Below are positions 1 through 9,675 of a stretch of 32,000 nucleotides of DNA, piece after piece. The notes under the pieces are model-generated. The model was not told where the DNA came from and ran no database searches. It saw nothing but the letters and a program-made list of their open reading frames with translations. This DNA comes from Methylophaga frappieri. Lineage in GTDB: Bacteria; Pseudomonadota; Gammaproteobacteria; Nitrosococcales; Methylophagaceae. The translations under genes were made by a program, and so were the position numbers. The stretch lies in contig NC_017856.1 of assembly GCF_000260965.1 (NCBI RefSeq), positions 1,800,001 to 1,832,000 on the forward strand, in the 5' to 3' direction. Positions within the stretch are counted from its first letter, which is position 1. Each line of letters opens with the position of its first letter.

Positions 1-407
1 TCAGAATTCAGGTAAGCCATCAGGCCGCGGGTAATGTAGATATAGCCGCCAGGCAGCGCAAACGCATTAACGACAGGGGAGTCTAGCACTGTAAAACGGT
101 AAACCAGCTCCTGCCGATGACTGATATTGGCGACTCGTTCGCCGACCTGTTGCACGTAGGTCTGTAGGGCCTCATCTTCATAGCGCCCATATTGCGACAT
201 AATCTGCGGATGATATTCCCGGCCAAGTTGAAGCTCCTTGTCCTCACTGAACATCACAAAGTTCTGTTCGCCAGTCACTGGATTTTTCGCGCAGCCGGCT
301 AGGCCCAAAAACAACAAAGCCCCCGCTAAGCAGCAGAGGCTTTGTAATTTCTGTTTCGGCAAGCTAAGCAACAAGGTGCTTTGATAGATGGCTAACATAT
401 CGGGCAT
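1..407 (-). CDS. M48-family zinc metallopeptidase lipoprotein, N-terminal part only (gene runs off the left edge)
   Basis: Hand translation of the minus strand; the ORF is absent from the track because it is open at the window edge. Sequence: MPDMLAIYQSTLLLSLPKQKLQSLCCLAGALLFLGLAGCAKNPVTGEQNFVMFSEDKELQLGREYHPQIMSQYGRYEDEALQTYVQQVGERVANISHRQELVYRFTVLDSPVVNAFALPGGYIYITRGLMAYLNSE... It has a lipobox (LAGC). The NAFALPGGYIYITRGL block is the conserved segment that precedes HExxH in M48 peptidases. An alternative in-frame start at 398 has better spacing to a G-rich SD. Confidence 0.75.
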   Translation of the reverse strand, partial: MPDMLAIYQSTLLLSLPKQKLQSLCCLAGALLFLGLAGCAKNPVTGEQNFVMFSEDKELQLGREYHPQIMSQYGRYEDEALQTYVQQVGERVANISHRQELVYRFTVLDSPVVNAFALPGGYIYITRGLMAYLNS

Positions 408-418
408 GCCCCCCGAGT

Positions 419-619
419 TTATTTTCCGTATTTTTGACGGAATTTATCAACACGACCCGCGCTATCCAGCATTTTTTGCTTACCCGTGTAGAATGGATGA
501 CAATCTGAACAAACGTCCAGAGTTAAGTCACCGCCACGGGTTGAACGGGTTTTAAATGTGCTGCCACAGCTGCAAGTGACATTGATTTCGCTATATTCTG
601 GGTGGATATCCGCTTTCAT
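419..619 (-). CDS. rpmE: 50S ribosomal protein L31 (zinc-ribbon type A)
   Basis: ORF 419..658 trimmed to the internal Met giving the canonical N-terminus [13 protein letters not shown]...[12 protein letters not shown] is the Cys4 zinc ribbon plus the L31 signature. A sigma70 promoter lies upstream. Confidence 0.95.
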   Translation of the reverse strand: MKADIHPEYSEINVTCSCGSTFKTRSTRGGDLTLDVCSDCHPFYTGKQKMLDSAGRVDKFRQKYGK

Positions 620-648
620 TTTAATACTCGTAAATAGGTGGTTTGCTA

Positions 649-665
649 AAAACGCCAAGCGTTTT
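649..665 (-). promoter_or_regulatory. Stem-loop in the rpmE 5' leader (AAAACGC-loop-GCGTTTT followed by a U run on the mRNA)
   Basis: 649-655 pairs perfectly (7 bp) with 659-665. On the minus-strand RNA it reads GAAAACGCUUGGCGUUUUUAGC. It sits between the predicted -10 (685-690) and the start codon (619). Confidence 0.5.
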
Positions 666-684
666 CCTGTCTCTGAACCGCATT

Positions 685-713
685 ATTCTACTGATCAACA
701 GCACCGCCAGCAA
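685..713 (-). promoter_or_regulatory. sigma70-type promoter of rpmE
   Basis: The minus strand reads TTGCTG (713-708), a 17-nt spacer, then TAGAAT (690-685). This is about 65 nt upstream of the rpmE ATG. Confidence 0.6.
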
Positions 714-728
714 GTTTTAATTTTTTGT

Positions 729-1322
729 TCACACTGCATTACCATCACGCGTCTGCCCGATAAACATCGCAACATTGCGTTTACCACACTGTGTATCTCC
801 GAGCGTTCCCAATTCCTGATAGTAACGCAACCGCAGCGATTGAAACAGCCTTAACAATTCATTTTCGCGTAATAAATAATCCGGGTTGCGCGGACCGATT
901 TCATCAACCCGCTGCTGACACCAGGTTTGATAAAACAGCAAACCTCCCGGAGCCAATGCCTCAGTAATGACTGGACACAGCGTCCGCTGCAAGAAATGAC
1001 TGACGACTATCACATCGTAGCGCACGGATTGTTTTAGCCAAGTTGATGCCTCAGCGAGGTATGCCCTCACTGGCAAACCCGCCGCCTCTGCACGATGTTG
1101 TAATTGCTGAATCACAACTGAGGAGATATCGACTGCATCAACCGTCAAACCTTGTCTGGCAAGCAGTTCGGCATTACCGCCTCGACCACAAGCGAGATCC
1201 AGCGCCAGGCCCCTATCGGGTAGCAAATACAGATTATCTGCGAGTACCGTCGCGGCGCCGAATTTTAGGTCATCTGCCTCATCGCGATATCGCCGATTCC
1301 ATTTGTCGGCCTGATCGATCAT
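729..1322 (-). CDS. Class I SAM-dependent methyltransferase, substrate unknown
   Basis: 197 aa. Motif I is LDLACGRGGNAELLARQG and post-I is VDAVDIS; a DVIVVSHFL block is typical of the Methyltransf_11/TehB-like fold. Confidence 0.75.
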   Translation of the reverse strand: MIDQADKWNRRYRDEADDLKFGAATVLADNLYLLPDRGLALDLACGRGGNAELLARQGLTVDAVDISSVVIQQLQHRAEAAGLPVRAYLAEASTWLKQSVRYDVIVVSHFLQRTLCPVITEALAPGGLLFYQTWCQQRVDEIGPRNPDYLLRENELLRLFQSLRLRYYQELGTLGDTQCGKRNVAMFIGQTRDGNAV

Positions 1323-1326
1323 CCAA

Positions 1327-2778
1327 TTAACGCCGCCAAAAAGCCGGTGTTAACAATACCAATAAGGTGAAAATCTCCAACCGCCCCAATAACATGGCGA
1401 CACACAATATCCATTTGGAGGTATCGTTTATCGTGCCAAAATTAGCGGATACATCGCCCAACCCCGGGCCCAGATTATTCAAACAGGCGGTTACTGCGGA
1501 GAAGGCCGTAACCACATCCAATCCAGTCGACATTAAGGCCAGATGCATAATGGTGAAACAAAAAACATACAGGGCAAAAAACCCCCACACTGCACCAACC
1601 ACTTTTGCTGGCAAGGCTTTTCCATTTACCCGTATGGCAAACACACCATTCGGGTGAATAAGCCGTAGTACTTCCCGGTAACCCTGTTTAAATAACAGCA
1701 TGACCCGGATCACTTTCATCCCCCCCGCAGTCGAAAAGGCACAACCGCCGATGTAACTGCAAAATAGCAGCAAGATGGGCAAAAAACCTGGCCAATAAGC
1801 AAAATCTGCCGTTGCAAACCCAGCCGTCGTGCCTATGGATACCGTCTGAAAAATCGCTTGCCTGGCTGTTAAACCAATACCTTCGACCGTTGCAGTTAAC
1901 ATTAGGTAGGCAAACGTGACCAGCGATACAACAAGCATAATGCCGAAAAAGACGCGGAGCTCGGAATCTTGCCAATAGTGCTTAACACTGCGACCGCGCC
2001 AAGCTAAAAAATGTAATGAGAAATTCAATGCTGAAATCAGCATAAACAACACAGCAATCATTTCGATAAGCCCGCTGTTAAAGTGGCCGATACTGGCATC
2101 GTGAGTAGAAAACCCACCTATCGCAACGGTAGAAAAGCTATGGCATATCGCGTCAAACCATGTCATGCCGGCCCAATGATAGGCAATCGCGCAAGCAATC
2201 GTTAAACTCATGTAGATATACCAAAGTGCTTTCGCGGTTTCAGTAATTCGCGGTGTCAGTTTGGCATCTTTCATCGGCCCCGGCGTTTCTGCTCGATACA
2301 ATTGCATACCACCGACGCCTAACAAAGGCAAAATCGCTACGGCCAAGACGACGATCCCCATGCCGCCGAGCCATTGCAAAAACTGTCGATAAAACAAAAT
2401 GGACTGTGGCAGCTCATCCAATCCGGTCAACACCGTTGAGCCTGTTGTGGTCAGCCCTGACATCGACTCAAAAACCGCATCCGTAAAGCTCATTAACGGA
2501 TTTGTCGAGAGAAAAAATGGCAAAGATCCAGATAATCCCAGCGCTAGCCAGAACATCACAACAACGATAAACCCATCGCGTATCTTCAATTCTTTGCGAT
2601 GTTTTCTGGCGGGTAGCCACAGTGCCAGTCCAAACGCCAGTAATAAAAACAAAGCACTAATAAACGCCTGCGCTTCACCATCTTCAAATAACCAGGAAAC
2701 AAAAATCGGCGGCAGCATCGTGAGACTGAACAAGGCCAGCAAAATGCCTAAAATCCGCTGAATGGTTAAAAGCTGCAT
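1327..2778 (-). CDS. trkH: Trk-system potassium uptake protein TrkH
   Basis: ORF 1327..2874 trimmed to MQLLTIQRILG, giving 483 aa, a typical TrkH length. Polytopic, with four pore-loop glycine motifs (MSGLTTTGST, TVAIGGFST, SIGTTAGFAT, STAGGMKV). Confidence 0.93.
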   Translation of the reverse strand: MQLLTIQRILGILLALFSLTMLPPIFVSWLFEDGEAQAFISALFLLLAFGLALWLPARKHRKELKIRDGFIVVVMFWLALGLSGSLPFFLSTNPLMSFTDAVFESMSGLTTTGSTVLTGLDELPQSILFYRQFLQWLGGMGIVVLAVAILPLLGVGGMQLYRAETPGPMKDAKLTPRITETAKALWYIYMSLTIACAIAYHWAGMTWFDAICHSFSTVAIGGFSTHDASIGHFNSGLIEMIAVLFMLISALNFSLHFLAWRGRSVKHYWQDSELRVFFGIMLVVSLVTFAYLMLTATVEGIGLTARQAIFQTVSIGTTAGFATADFAYWPGFLPILLLFCSYIGGCAFSTAGGMKVIRVMLLFKQGYREVLRLIHPNGVFAIRVNGKALPAKVVGAVWGFFALYVFCFTIMHLALMSTGLDVVTAFSAVTACLNNLGPGLGDVSANFGTINDTSKWILCVAMLLGRLEIFTLLVLLTPAFWRR

Positions 2779-2785
2779 GCTGGGC

Positions 2786-4297
2786 TCAGAACTCGTCGCG
2801 CTGGTAAAAAATCCGATAATACGCCCAGCCGGCCAATAACAGCAAAAGTCCAAGTCGAAACGGCCATTGACCAAACTGGACGTATGGTGTCATTCCCTGC
2901 CGGGGCTGAATCTCACCAGACAGCACCGATGTCGCAAATTGTGGACTTTGCTGTACGATTTTCCCCTGATGATCAACCTGCGCTGAGATGCCATTAGTCG
3001 TCACCCGCAACAAGGGCCGCCCGGACTCTAGCGCACGGCTTCGCGAAATTTGTAAATGCTGATGTGGTGCAAAAGAATCTCCATACCACGCATTATTGGT
3101 TGCATTGACCAGCAAGGTTGCTTCTGGAAGGGTTTGCCGGACCTCTTCCGTAAACGCATCTTCGTAACAGATGGTAATCCCCAGTGTTTGGCCCGTCGCT
3201 TTAATCAGCGGTTGCGTTGCTTGGCCCGGCACAAATCCAGACATCGGCAAATCAAAAAACGCGATCAAACCCCGCAGCCATTCAAATGGCATGTAATCGC
3301 CAAAAGGCACCAACTGTTTTTTGTGATAAAACATCGGTTCTTCGCCCAGCATGGCCATACTGTTGTAATACTGCTCACCATCTGCATCCAGCACAGGCAA
3401 ACCAATCAGCAACTCGGTATCATGCCTGGCGGCCTCTGCAGCGAGGGGGGTTAGAAAGGCGTCATCAATTTGATGAAAAAACGCGGTTGCCGCATTTTCA
3501 GGCCAGATAACCAGATCACTATCCCAATTATCGGCAGTCAATTCGGCATAAAGCGAAAGCGTGCGGTTTAACTGCGCCGCATCCCATTTAATCGCCTGAT
3601 CGATATTGCCCTGAATCAGACTGAATCGAATCGGATTACCCGCTTCAGCGGTCCAATCTATTTGATTTAATACGGGCCCCAATGCCCAAAGAGATAAGGC
3701 GGGCAACAGCCACAAAAACTGTCGTGACTGCCATGCAACCAATAGCAACCCCGCGGTCAGCGCAACCAGCCAGGATGCACCGTACACGCCCAACAATGGT
3801 ATCCATCCTGCCAGCGGACTATCAATCTGCGCTGTACCGACTTCCAGCCAAGGAAAGCCAGACAAAAAGACACTTTTGAAAACTTCAAAAGCAACCCAGG
3901 CAATGGGCAGTAAAACGACATACTCTGCCGTACCAAATCGCCGATGTTGACTTTTTTTGACCAGCCACCCCAACATAGCCGGCATTAATGCTAGAAACGC
4001 AATAAAACCCGCGGTCAAGCCACCGGCAAGTGGCCAGCTTGCTTGTCCAAAAACATGGATCGCCACATAAATCCACGAGATCCCAACGGTAAATAAGCCA
4101 ACCCCAAACAACCAGCCCCGCCAAAAAGCACGCGATGCAGGCACATCTCGCCAACTTAAAAACAGTAACAGCAAACTGAAAATACAAACAGGAAAAGCAT
4201 AAAAGGGCGCAAACCCTAAAGGCATGATAGCGCCAGCTAACAATGCCAGCCAGCTACCCCAAGCCCCCCGCACTCCCTGTCGCGATTCGCTAAACAT
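2786..4297 (-). CDS. lnt: Apolipoprotein N-acyltransferase
   Basis: 503 aa. N-terminal multi-TM region plus a CN-hydrolase domain with VIWPENA (Glu) and ICYEDAF (catalytic Cys). It sits at the conserved position after corC. Confidence 0.95.
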   Translation of the reverse strand: MFSESRQGVRGAWGSWLALLAGAIMPLGFAPFYAFPVCIFSLLLLFLSWRDVPASRAFWRGWLFGVGLFTVGISWIYVAIHVFGQASWPLAGGLTAGFIAFLALMPAMLGWLVKKSQHRRFGTAEYVVLLPIAWVAFEVFKSVFLSGFPWLEVGTAQIDSPLAGWIPLLGVYGASWLVALTAGLLLVAWQSRQFLWLLPALSLWALGPVLNQIDWTAEAGNPIRFSLIQGNIDQAIKWDAAQLNRTLSLYAELTADNWDSDLVIWPENAATAFFHQIDDAFLTPLAAEAARHDTELLIGLPVLDADGEQYYNSMAMLGEEPMFYHKKQLVPFGDYMPFEWLRGLIAFFDLPMSGFVPGQATQPLIKATGQTLGITICYEDAFTEEVRQTLPEATLLVNATNNAWYGDSFAPHQHLQISRSRALESGRPLLRVTTNGISAQVDHQGKIVQQSPQFATSVLSGEIQPRQGMTPYVQFGQWPFRLGLLLLLAGWAYYRIFYQRDEF

Positions 4298-5172
4298 CAG
4301 TCAGATTCAGTCTCTTCATCGCTCGGTTCAGCTATAATCGACATCCTCAGTAAATGGACTCGACGGTTATCTGCCCGCAAAATAGAAAACTCAAAGCGGC
4401 CAATGGTAATTTGTTCACCACGACCAGGAAGATGTCCGAACTGATTCACAACATGACCACCCACGGTATCAAAATCATCTTCGTCCCAGTCTGTGCCAAA
4501 GTATTCATTAAAATCTTCTACTGGTGTCAGTGCCTTGATGGTATAGGTATGCTCATCACGCTGCAGGATTGGCGTATCGTCATCAAAATCATGTTCATCC
4601 TCGATTTCACCGACAATCTGTTCCAATACATTTTCGATAGTAACGATGCCTGCCACACCTCCATATTCATCGACAACGATTGCCATATGATTACGGCGAG
4701 CCCGAAACTCTCTCAACAACACATTCAAGCGCTTGCTTTCCGGGATAAATACCGCCGGACGCAACAACTCTCTCAATTCGAAATCAAACTCACCAGCTGC
4801 CACCACCGATGACAATAAATCCTTGGCCAGCAATATTCCGATAACATCATCACGATCATCATCGATAACCGGAAACCGAGAATGCGTTGCATCTGTTACC
4901 AACTTCAAAATTTCAGCCGCCGGCGCATCACGTGAAATCATCACCACTTGAGACCGCGGAATCATGATATCTCGGGCCTGCATTTGCGATACACTCAGCG
5001 CTCCTTCAACAATGGAAAGCGCTTCCGCATCAAGAATATTTTGCTCGGATGCCTGCCGGATGACTTCAATCAGTTGCGATTGATCCTTAGGCTGAAGAAA
5101 TACATTTCGTAGGCGTTTCAGCCACGACTTGGGTGGAGTTGAGCGACTCGATCGGCCCTCATTCATGATCAT
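4297..5172 (-). CDS. corC: CBS-pair/CorC_HlyC domain protein (Mg/Co efflux-associated CorC/YbeX)
   Basis: 291 aa. Tandem CBS domains followed by the C-terminal transporter-associated domain. Conserved ybeZ-ybeY-ybeX-lnt order. One-nt overlap with lnt. Confidence 0.9.
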   Translation of the reverse strand: MIMNEGRSSRSTPPKSWLKRLRNVFLQPKDQSQLIEVIRQASEQNILDAEALSIVEGALSVSQMQARDIMIPRSQVVMISRDAPAAEILKLVTDATHSRFPVIDDDRDDVIGILLAKDLLSSVVAAGEFDFELRELLRPAVFIPESKRLNVLLREFRARRNHMAIVVDEYGGVAGIVTIENVLEQIVGEIEDEHDFDDDTPILQRDEHTYTIKALTPVEDFNEYFGTDWDEDDFDTVGGHVVNQFGHLPGRGEQITIGRFEFSILRADNRRVHLLRMSIIAEPSDEETESD

Positions 5173-5630
5173 AACCTCGGTTCAAGGTAGGGGTTAGCAA
5201 TGTCTAAAGTTTGCAAAATCTGGATTTCCAGCGCTTCCATTTCTTCGGCTTCCTCATCGTTAAGGTGATCATAGCCTAATAAATGCAAACAACCGTGAAT
5301 CGTTAAATGTGCCCAATGATGTTGTTCCGGTTTACCTTGTTCTGACGCCTCTTTCTTGACAACAGGTGCGCACATGACCAGATCGCCCAGCAGACGAGGC
5401 TCTAGCGCAATTGGCGCGTCAAACGGAAAAGACAGCACATTGGTTGGATAATCTTTTTGGCGATACTGATGATTGAGCTGCTGACTTTCTGCCACATCAA
5501 CAATGCGAATACACAACTCACAATCGACATCAACCAGCGTCAATGCGGCCTCTGCCCAACGTTGGAAATCGTCATCTGCAGGTAAAGGATCTGCAACCGC
5601 ATGCTGCAAATCAATCAAGACGGTTTTCAC
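5169..5630 (-). CDS. ybeY: rRNA maturation endoribonuclease YbeY
   Basis: 153 aa with the [11 protein letters not shown] zinc-binding signature. 4-nt overlaps on both sides. Confidence 0.95.
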   Translation of the reverse strand: MKTVLIDLQHAVADPLPADDDFQRWAEAALTLVDVDCELCIRIVDVAESQQLNHQYRQKDYPTNVLSFPFDAPIALEPRLLGDLVMCAPVVKKEASEQGKPEQHHWAHLTIHGCLHLLGYDHLNDEEAEEMEALEIQILQTLDIANPYLEPRL

Positions 5631-6601
5631 CGCTTTTGCTCAGCCTTGTCGTAGGCCAGAATGACCTTTTGTACCAGCGAGTGGCGCACCACATCCTTGG
5701 CTTGGAAAAAAGTAAATCCGATACCCTCGACTTCTTTCAGCACTTCGATAGCATGGCGCAAACCACTTCGCTGAGCGACAGGAAGGTCAATCTGGGTAAT
5801 ATCGCCGGTAATAACAGCGGTAGAGTTATAGCCAAGCCGCGTCAAAAACATCTTCATCTGTTCACAAGTTGTGTTCTGCGCTTCATCAAGAATAATAAAC
5901 GCTTCATTAAGCGTTCGTCCTCGCATATAAGCGAGCGGGGCAACTTCAATCACATTGCGTTCGATGAGTTTGGCAACTCGCTCAAAACCCAGCATTTCAT
6001 AAAGCGCATCAAACAAAGGACGTAAATACGGATCCACTTTTTGCGCTAAATCCCCAGGCAAAAAACCCAGACGCTCTCCCGCTTCAACAGCAGGTCTAAC
6101 CAGCACAATACGGCGTGCAAAGTCGCGCTCCAACGCCTCAACTGCACAGGCAACGGCCAGATATGTCTTACCTGTTCCCGCCGGACCAATGCCAAAATTA
6201 ATATCGTGAGTGATGATGCGACGCAGATAGGCTTGCTGATTTTCACCTCGCGCCTTCACCAGTCCCCGCTTGGTTTTGATGGTGACTTCTTTTTCCGGCT
6301 CAAAACCTGTGCTGTCATCGCCACCCGTCTCGCGAATAGCCAGATGCACCTGCTCAGGCGTCAATGCATTCTGGGCCGTTTCGGCATACAGACGATGAAT
6401 GACATCCTGAATATCTGCCAGTTTGTCAGGATGGCCAATAATCTGAAACTTACCGCCACGATTATTTATCTCAACACCAAAGCCACGCTCCATCATGCGC
6501 AAATGTTCATCAAGATGCCCACAAAGGTTGGCAAGTCGCGGATTGTCAGCTGGGCTTAGCTCAAAACCAATACTGTCTACAGAAGAAATACTATCGCTCA
6601 C
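5627..6601 (-). CDS. ybeZ: PhoH-like ATPase (YbeZ)
   Basis: 324 aa. Walker A is [13 protein letters not shown] and Walker B is FIILDEAQN. PhoH family, adjacent to ybeY. Confidence 0.93.
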   Translation of the reverse strand: MSDSISSVDSIGFELSPADNPRLANLCGHLDEHLRMMERGFGVEINNRGGKFQIIGHPDKLADIQDVIHRLYAETAQNALTPEQVHLAIRETGGDDSTGFEPEKEVTIKTKRGLVKARGENQQAYLRRIITHDINFGIGPAGTGKTYLAVACAVEALERDFARRIVLVRPAVEAGERLGFLPGDLAQKVDPYLRPLFDALYEMLGFERVAKLIERNVIEVAPLAYMRGRTLNEAFIILDEAQNTTCEQMKMFLTRLGYNSTAVITGDITQIDLPVAQRSGLRHAIEVLKEVEGIGFTFFQAKDVVRHSLVQKVILAYDKAEQKR

Positions 6602-6621
6602 AAAAAACTGTCCAGAGATAC

Positions 6622-7962
6622 TTAATGGATAACGCTATCAGCAAGCAGTTCACCCCGCAAGGAGTTACTAAACGCACCGGTAATACGTACATCAACGAAT
6701 TTGCCGATCAACGTTGGATCACCCGGAAAATTCACCACCCGGTTATTTTCTGTACGTCCGGCGACTTCTCCTTGGCCACGCTGGGCAGGACGCTCAACGA
6801 GAATACGTTGCGTGGAGCCAACCATTGACTCACTGATCCCCATTTCCAACTCACGCAGTCGATCCTGCATGATTTGCAGGCGTTGTTTCTTCAATTCTTC
6901 ACTGACATCATCAACAAACATGGCCGCAGGGGTGCCGGGCCGAGCACTATAAATAAAGCTGAATGAATGATCGAAACCAATCTGATTAATCAAATCCATG
7001 GTGTCATTAAAGTCCTGTTCACCCTCATTAGGAAAGCCAACAATAAAATCGCTAGACATGCTCAAATTGGGACGGATTTGTTTTAATCGGTCAATTTTTT
7101 CAATGTATTGCGCAACCGTATGACCTCGCTTCATCATCGCGAGAATGCGGTTAGATCCCGACTGCACGGGCAGATGCAGATGACTGACAAGCTCTGGCAC
7201 TTCAGCAAACGCCGCTATCAGGCTGTCGGAAAACTCCACCGGATGCGACGTGGTAAAACGAATCCGCTCAATGCCGTCAATTGCCGCGACATAGTGAATC
7301 AGCAACGCCAAATCTGCCGTTTCATCATCTTCAATAATACCCTGATAGGCATTCACATTTTGCCCAAGCAAATTGACTTCACGGACACCTTGTGCCGCCA
7401 GTTGTCGAATCTCTCGCAAAATACTGCCCACGGGGCGACTGACTTCCTCACCACGGGTGTAGGGGACGACACAAAACGTACAATATTTACTGCAGCCTTC
7501 CATAATCGACACAAACGCGGTCGGCCCATCAGCACGTGGTGCCGGCAGATGATCAAACTTTTCTATTTCGGGGAAAGAAATATCAATTTCTGGTCGATGG
7601 TTTCGACGCACATCACTGAGCATTTCGGGCAATCGGTGCAGTGTTTGTGGGCCAAAAATCAAATCTACCCATGGCGCACGCTTGCGAATTGCTTCACCTT
7701 CCTGGCTGGCGACACAGCCGCCGACGCCAATAACCAAGCCAGGTTTCTGATCTTTCCAACGTTTCCAACGACCTAACTGATGAAAGACTTTTTCCTGCGC
7801 TTTTTCCCTAATCGAACAGGTATTCAACAGCAGCACATCGGCCTCTTCGGCAATTTCTGTTGGCTCTAGCTGATGTGAAGCACCCAAGACTTCCGCCATT
7901 TTGTTCGAGTCGTACTCGTTCATCTGGCAGCCAAAGGTTCTGATAAAAAGTTTTCCGGCCAT
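6622..7962 (-). CDS. miaB: tRNA-2-methylthio-N6-dimethylallyladenosine synthase
   Basis: ORF 6622..8046 trimmed to [19 protein letters not shown], the canonical MiaB N-terminus. Radical-SAM motif [15 protein letters not shown] and a C-terminal TRAM domain are present. Confidence 0.95.
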   Translation of the reverse strand: MAGKLFIRTFGCQMNEYDSNKMAEVLGASHQLEPTEIAEEADVLLLNTCSIREKAQEKVFHQLGRWKRWKDQKPGLVIGVGGCVASQEGEAIRKRAPWVDLIFGPQTLHRLPEMLSDVRRNHRPEIDISFPEIEKFDHLPAPRADGPTAFVSIMEGCSKYCTFCVVPYTRGEEVSRPVGSILREIRQLAAQGVREVNLLGQNVNAYQGIIEDDETADLALLIHYVAAIDGIERIRFTTSHPVEFSDSLIAAFAEVPELVSHLHLPVQSGSNRILAMMKRGHTVAQYIEKIDRLKQIRPNLSMSSDFIVGFPNEGEQDFNDTMDLINQIGFDHSFSFIYSARPGTPAAMFVDDVSEELKKQRLQIMQDRLRELEMGISESMVGSTQRILVERPAQRGQGEVAGRTENNRVVNFPGDPTLIGKFVDVRITGAFSNSLRGELLADSVIH

Positions 7963-8170
7963 ATTGTTTTTTGAGTTGCAAAGGGCCGTAAGGATACGCT
8001 TTTTCAAGACAATAGTACAGACAAGTGATTGTTTTTGCAGGTGCAATCCAAACTAGGCAGGCCAAGCCCAAAAATGGCTAAATAACGCCGGAAAAGTTAA
8101 CGATTAACCGTCAGAGATTCCCAGATGAACACGCGAAAAAAGGACTGATTTGAATAAATCTCAACGCTTG

Positions 8171-8200
8171 ACTCAGGCCAAACTCAGGCCATTCAGGTGA
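8171..8200. repeat. 11-bp tandem direct repeat ACTCAGGCCA(A/T), two perfect copies plus one degenerate copy
   Basis: actcaggcca at 8171-8180 and again at 8182-8191, followed by ttcaggtga. It lies in the 199-nt gap between the lipoprotein gene end and the miaB start. Confidence 0.7.
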
Positions 8201-8245
8201 CAAGAAAAGCGATAACCAACGGCACTAAAGACTTGCTTTGCCGGT

Positions 8246-8566
8246 TTAATGGGAAAGGGGAACCGCCTCGTACTCAGGATCGACCAATCGTTCATCTCCT
8301 GAAGGCAAACACATGAAGGTCACATCATAGTAATAACGAACCTTATGGCGTTTGTATTGTTTAGTAACCAGCACTTGCCGACTGCGTTCGGCACAATGCG
8401 CCTGCGCCTGTGATAATGCCGATCCTTTGGCTTCAGGTTCATTCATCGCTTCACTGGAGACGACATAAGTGTCTTTGCCAAGCGGCTGGACACCAGAAGT
8501 CTTTAGACCACAGCCGGTCAGGATAACCAGGCTGGCAAGCAGAGCAATACCCGTTTTTTTGAACAT
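8246..8566 (-). CDS. Small lipoprotein of unknown function
   Basis: 106 aa. Signal peptide MFKKTGIALLASLVILTGC with lipobox LTGC. The mature part has two Cys (AHCAERS, FMCLPSG). I recognise no family. Confidence 0.7.
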   Translation of the reverse strand: MFKKTGIALLASLVILTGCGLKTSGVQPLGKDTYVVSSEAMNEPEAKGSALSQAQAHCAERSRQVLVTKQYKRHKVRYYYDVTFMCLPSGDERLVDPEYEAVPLSH

Positions 8567-8575
8567 CGTTTTTCC

Positions 8576-8875
8576 TCAGGGTGTATCCCACATCACATCC
8601 GCATCAGCAGAGATTGCAGCGGAGATTAACTCAATCAGGGGCAGTGCACGTTGTGCGAGACCAGGCTGAAATTCGGCATCGGGATCGTCGGGCGCCGTAT
8701 GTTTTTTATCAGCCTGAACAGCCGTCTGCAATCTGGTCAGCGCTGCGGGTAAATCCGCAGCCACTATCGCGCCCGGAACGGTACCGCTATGGCCCATTAT
8801 TTTTAGCATGGTCAATGCCACATCACCCAACATGGTGATATCCGCATAGGCTTTTGTATGAAATTTAACCAACAT
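8576..8875 (-). CDS. DUF1840 domain-containing protein
   Basis: ORF 8576..8932 trimmed to MLVKFHTKAYADITMLGDVALTMLKIMGHSGTVPGAIVAADLPAALTRLQTAV. An AGGAG sits 8 nt upstream of this ATG. The N-terminal pattern and the C-terminal ...LIELI...DVMW match what I remember of DUF1840 proteins. Confidence 0.7.
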   Translation of the reverse strand: MLVKFHTKAYADITMLGDVALTMLKIMGHSGTVPGAIVAADLPAALTRLQTAVQADKKHTAPDDPDAEFQPGLAQRALPLIELISAAISADADVMWDTP

Positions 8876-9000
8876 GATGCCACTCCTGCCTCGCTCTTCA
8901 GCGACAGTAACGATAAATTGCTTATCAAACAAGAGACAAGACTTGCCGTCTTACCGCCAGCCCGCTAAAGTCAGCTCATAACTGACGCAGGGAGCGACAG

Positions 9001-9675
9001 ATGGCTATCAGGGACTGGCCGGCCAATGAGCGGCCGCGGGAAAAATTATTGTTATCCGGGGCAGGCACTCTTTCCGATGCGGAGTTGCTGGCGATTTTTT
9101 TACGTACTGGCGTTGCCGGTTTATCTGCGGTCGATCTGGCGCGTAAATTATTATCTGATTTTGGCAGCTTGCGGGCCTTGCTGGAAGCGGATCAACCAAC
9201 ATTTTGCCAACATCATGGGTTAGGTAAAGCAAAATTTGTGCAGCTTCAAGCGGTACTGGAAATGGGGCGTCGTCATTTAGAATCGACATTGAGTCGCGGC
9301 GATGCTTTTACCGATGCCGCCACCACCCGCCAATATTTACAGCGCCAACTGAGACACTTCAATCATGAAGTGTTTGCCTGCTTGTTTTTGGACACACGTC
9401 ATCGTCTGATTAGTTTTGACCCTTTATTTCACGGCACGATTGATAGTGCCAGCGTCTATCCAAGGGAAGTCGTTAAAGCCGCGTTAAAACATCATGCAGC
9501 GGCGGTTATCTTTGCACATAATCACCCGTCTGGTATCGCTGAGCCCAGTCAGGCGGATATTCAGATAACACAGCGCCTGCAACAAGCATTGTCGTTAATT
9601 GATGTTCGGGTGTTGGATCATATTATTATTGGCGATGGTGACACGCGTTCACTCGCGCAACTTGGCAAAATTTAA
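9001..9675 (+). CDS. radC: RadC/YicR family protein (UPF0758, JAB/MPN domain)
   Basis: 224 aa. N-terminal helix-hairpin-helix-like region ([14 protein letters not shown]). C-terminal JAMM-like motif HNHPSG...[16 protein letters not shown] upstream. Confidence 0.9.
   Translation: MAIRDWPANERPREKLLLSGAGTLSDAELLAIFLRTGVAGLSAVDLARKLLSDFGSLRALLEADQPTFCQHHGLGKAKFVQLQAVLEMGRRHLESTLSRGDAFTDAATTRQYLQRQLRHFNHEVFACLFLDTRHRLISFDPLFHGTIDSASVYPREVVKAALKHHAAAVIFAHNHPSGIAEPSQADIQITQRLQQALSLIDVRVLDHIIIGDGDTRSLAQLGKI

Noticed and set aside
7108-7776. Long plus-strand ORF (222 aa) inside miaB. Similar antisense ORFs occur at 3056-3454, 4354-4812, 5543-6025, 20641-21075, 21763-22269, 23049-23504 and 30100-30627.
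   Set aside because: Each lies entirely antisense to a gene with unmistakable family motifs. Their translations are low-complexity, Arg/Ser/Cys-rich shadow-frame products with no recognisable motifs, SD or promoter.
7963-8046. N-terminal extensions proposed by the ORF track for miaB, rpmE (620-658), trkH (2779-2874), DUF1840 (8876-8932), the PepSY protein (11232-11294) and the TonB receptor (14592-14621).
   Set aside because: Internal starts give canonical family N-termini and typical lengths. In several cases they also have an SD or a stop/start overlap. The extensions encode non-conserved junk such as [19 protein letters not shown].
9672-9675. Convergent radC and PepSY genes share overlapping stop codons (TTAA), with no intergenic terminator.
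   Set aside because: It is real in the sequence but a common consequence of compact genomes. No hairpin or other structure suggests a functional element.
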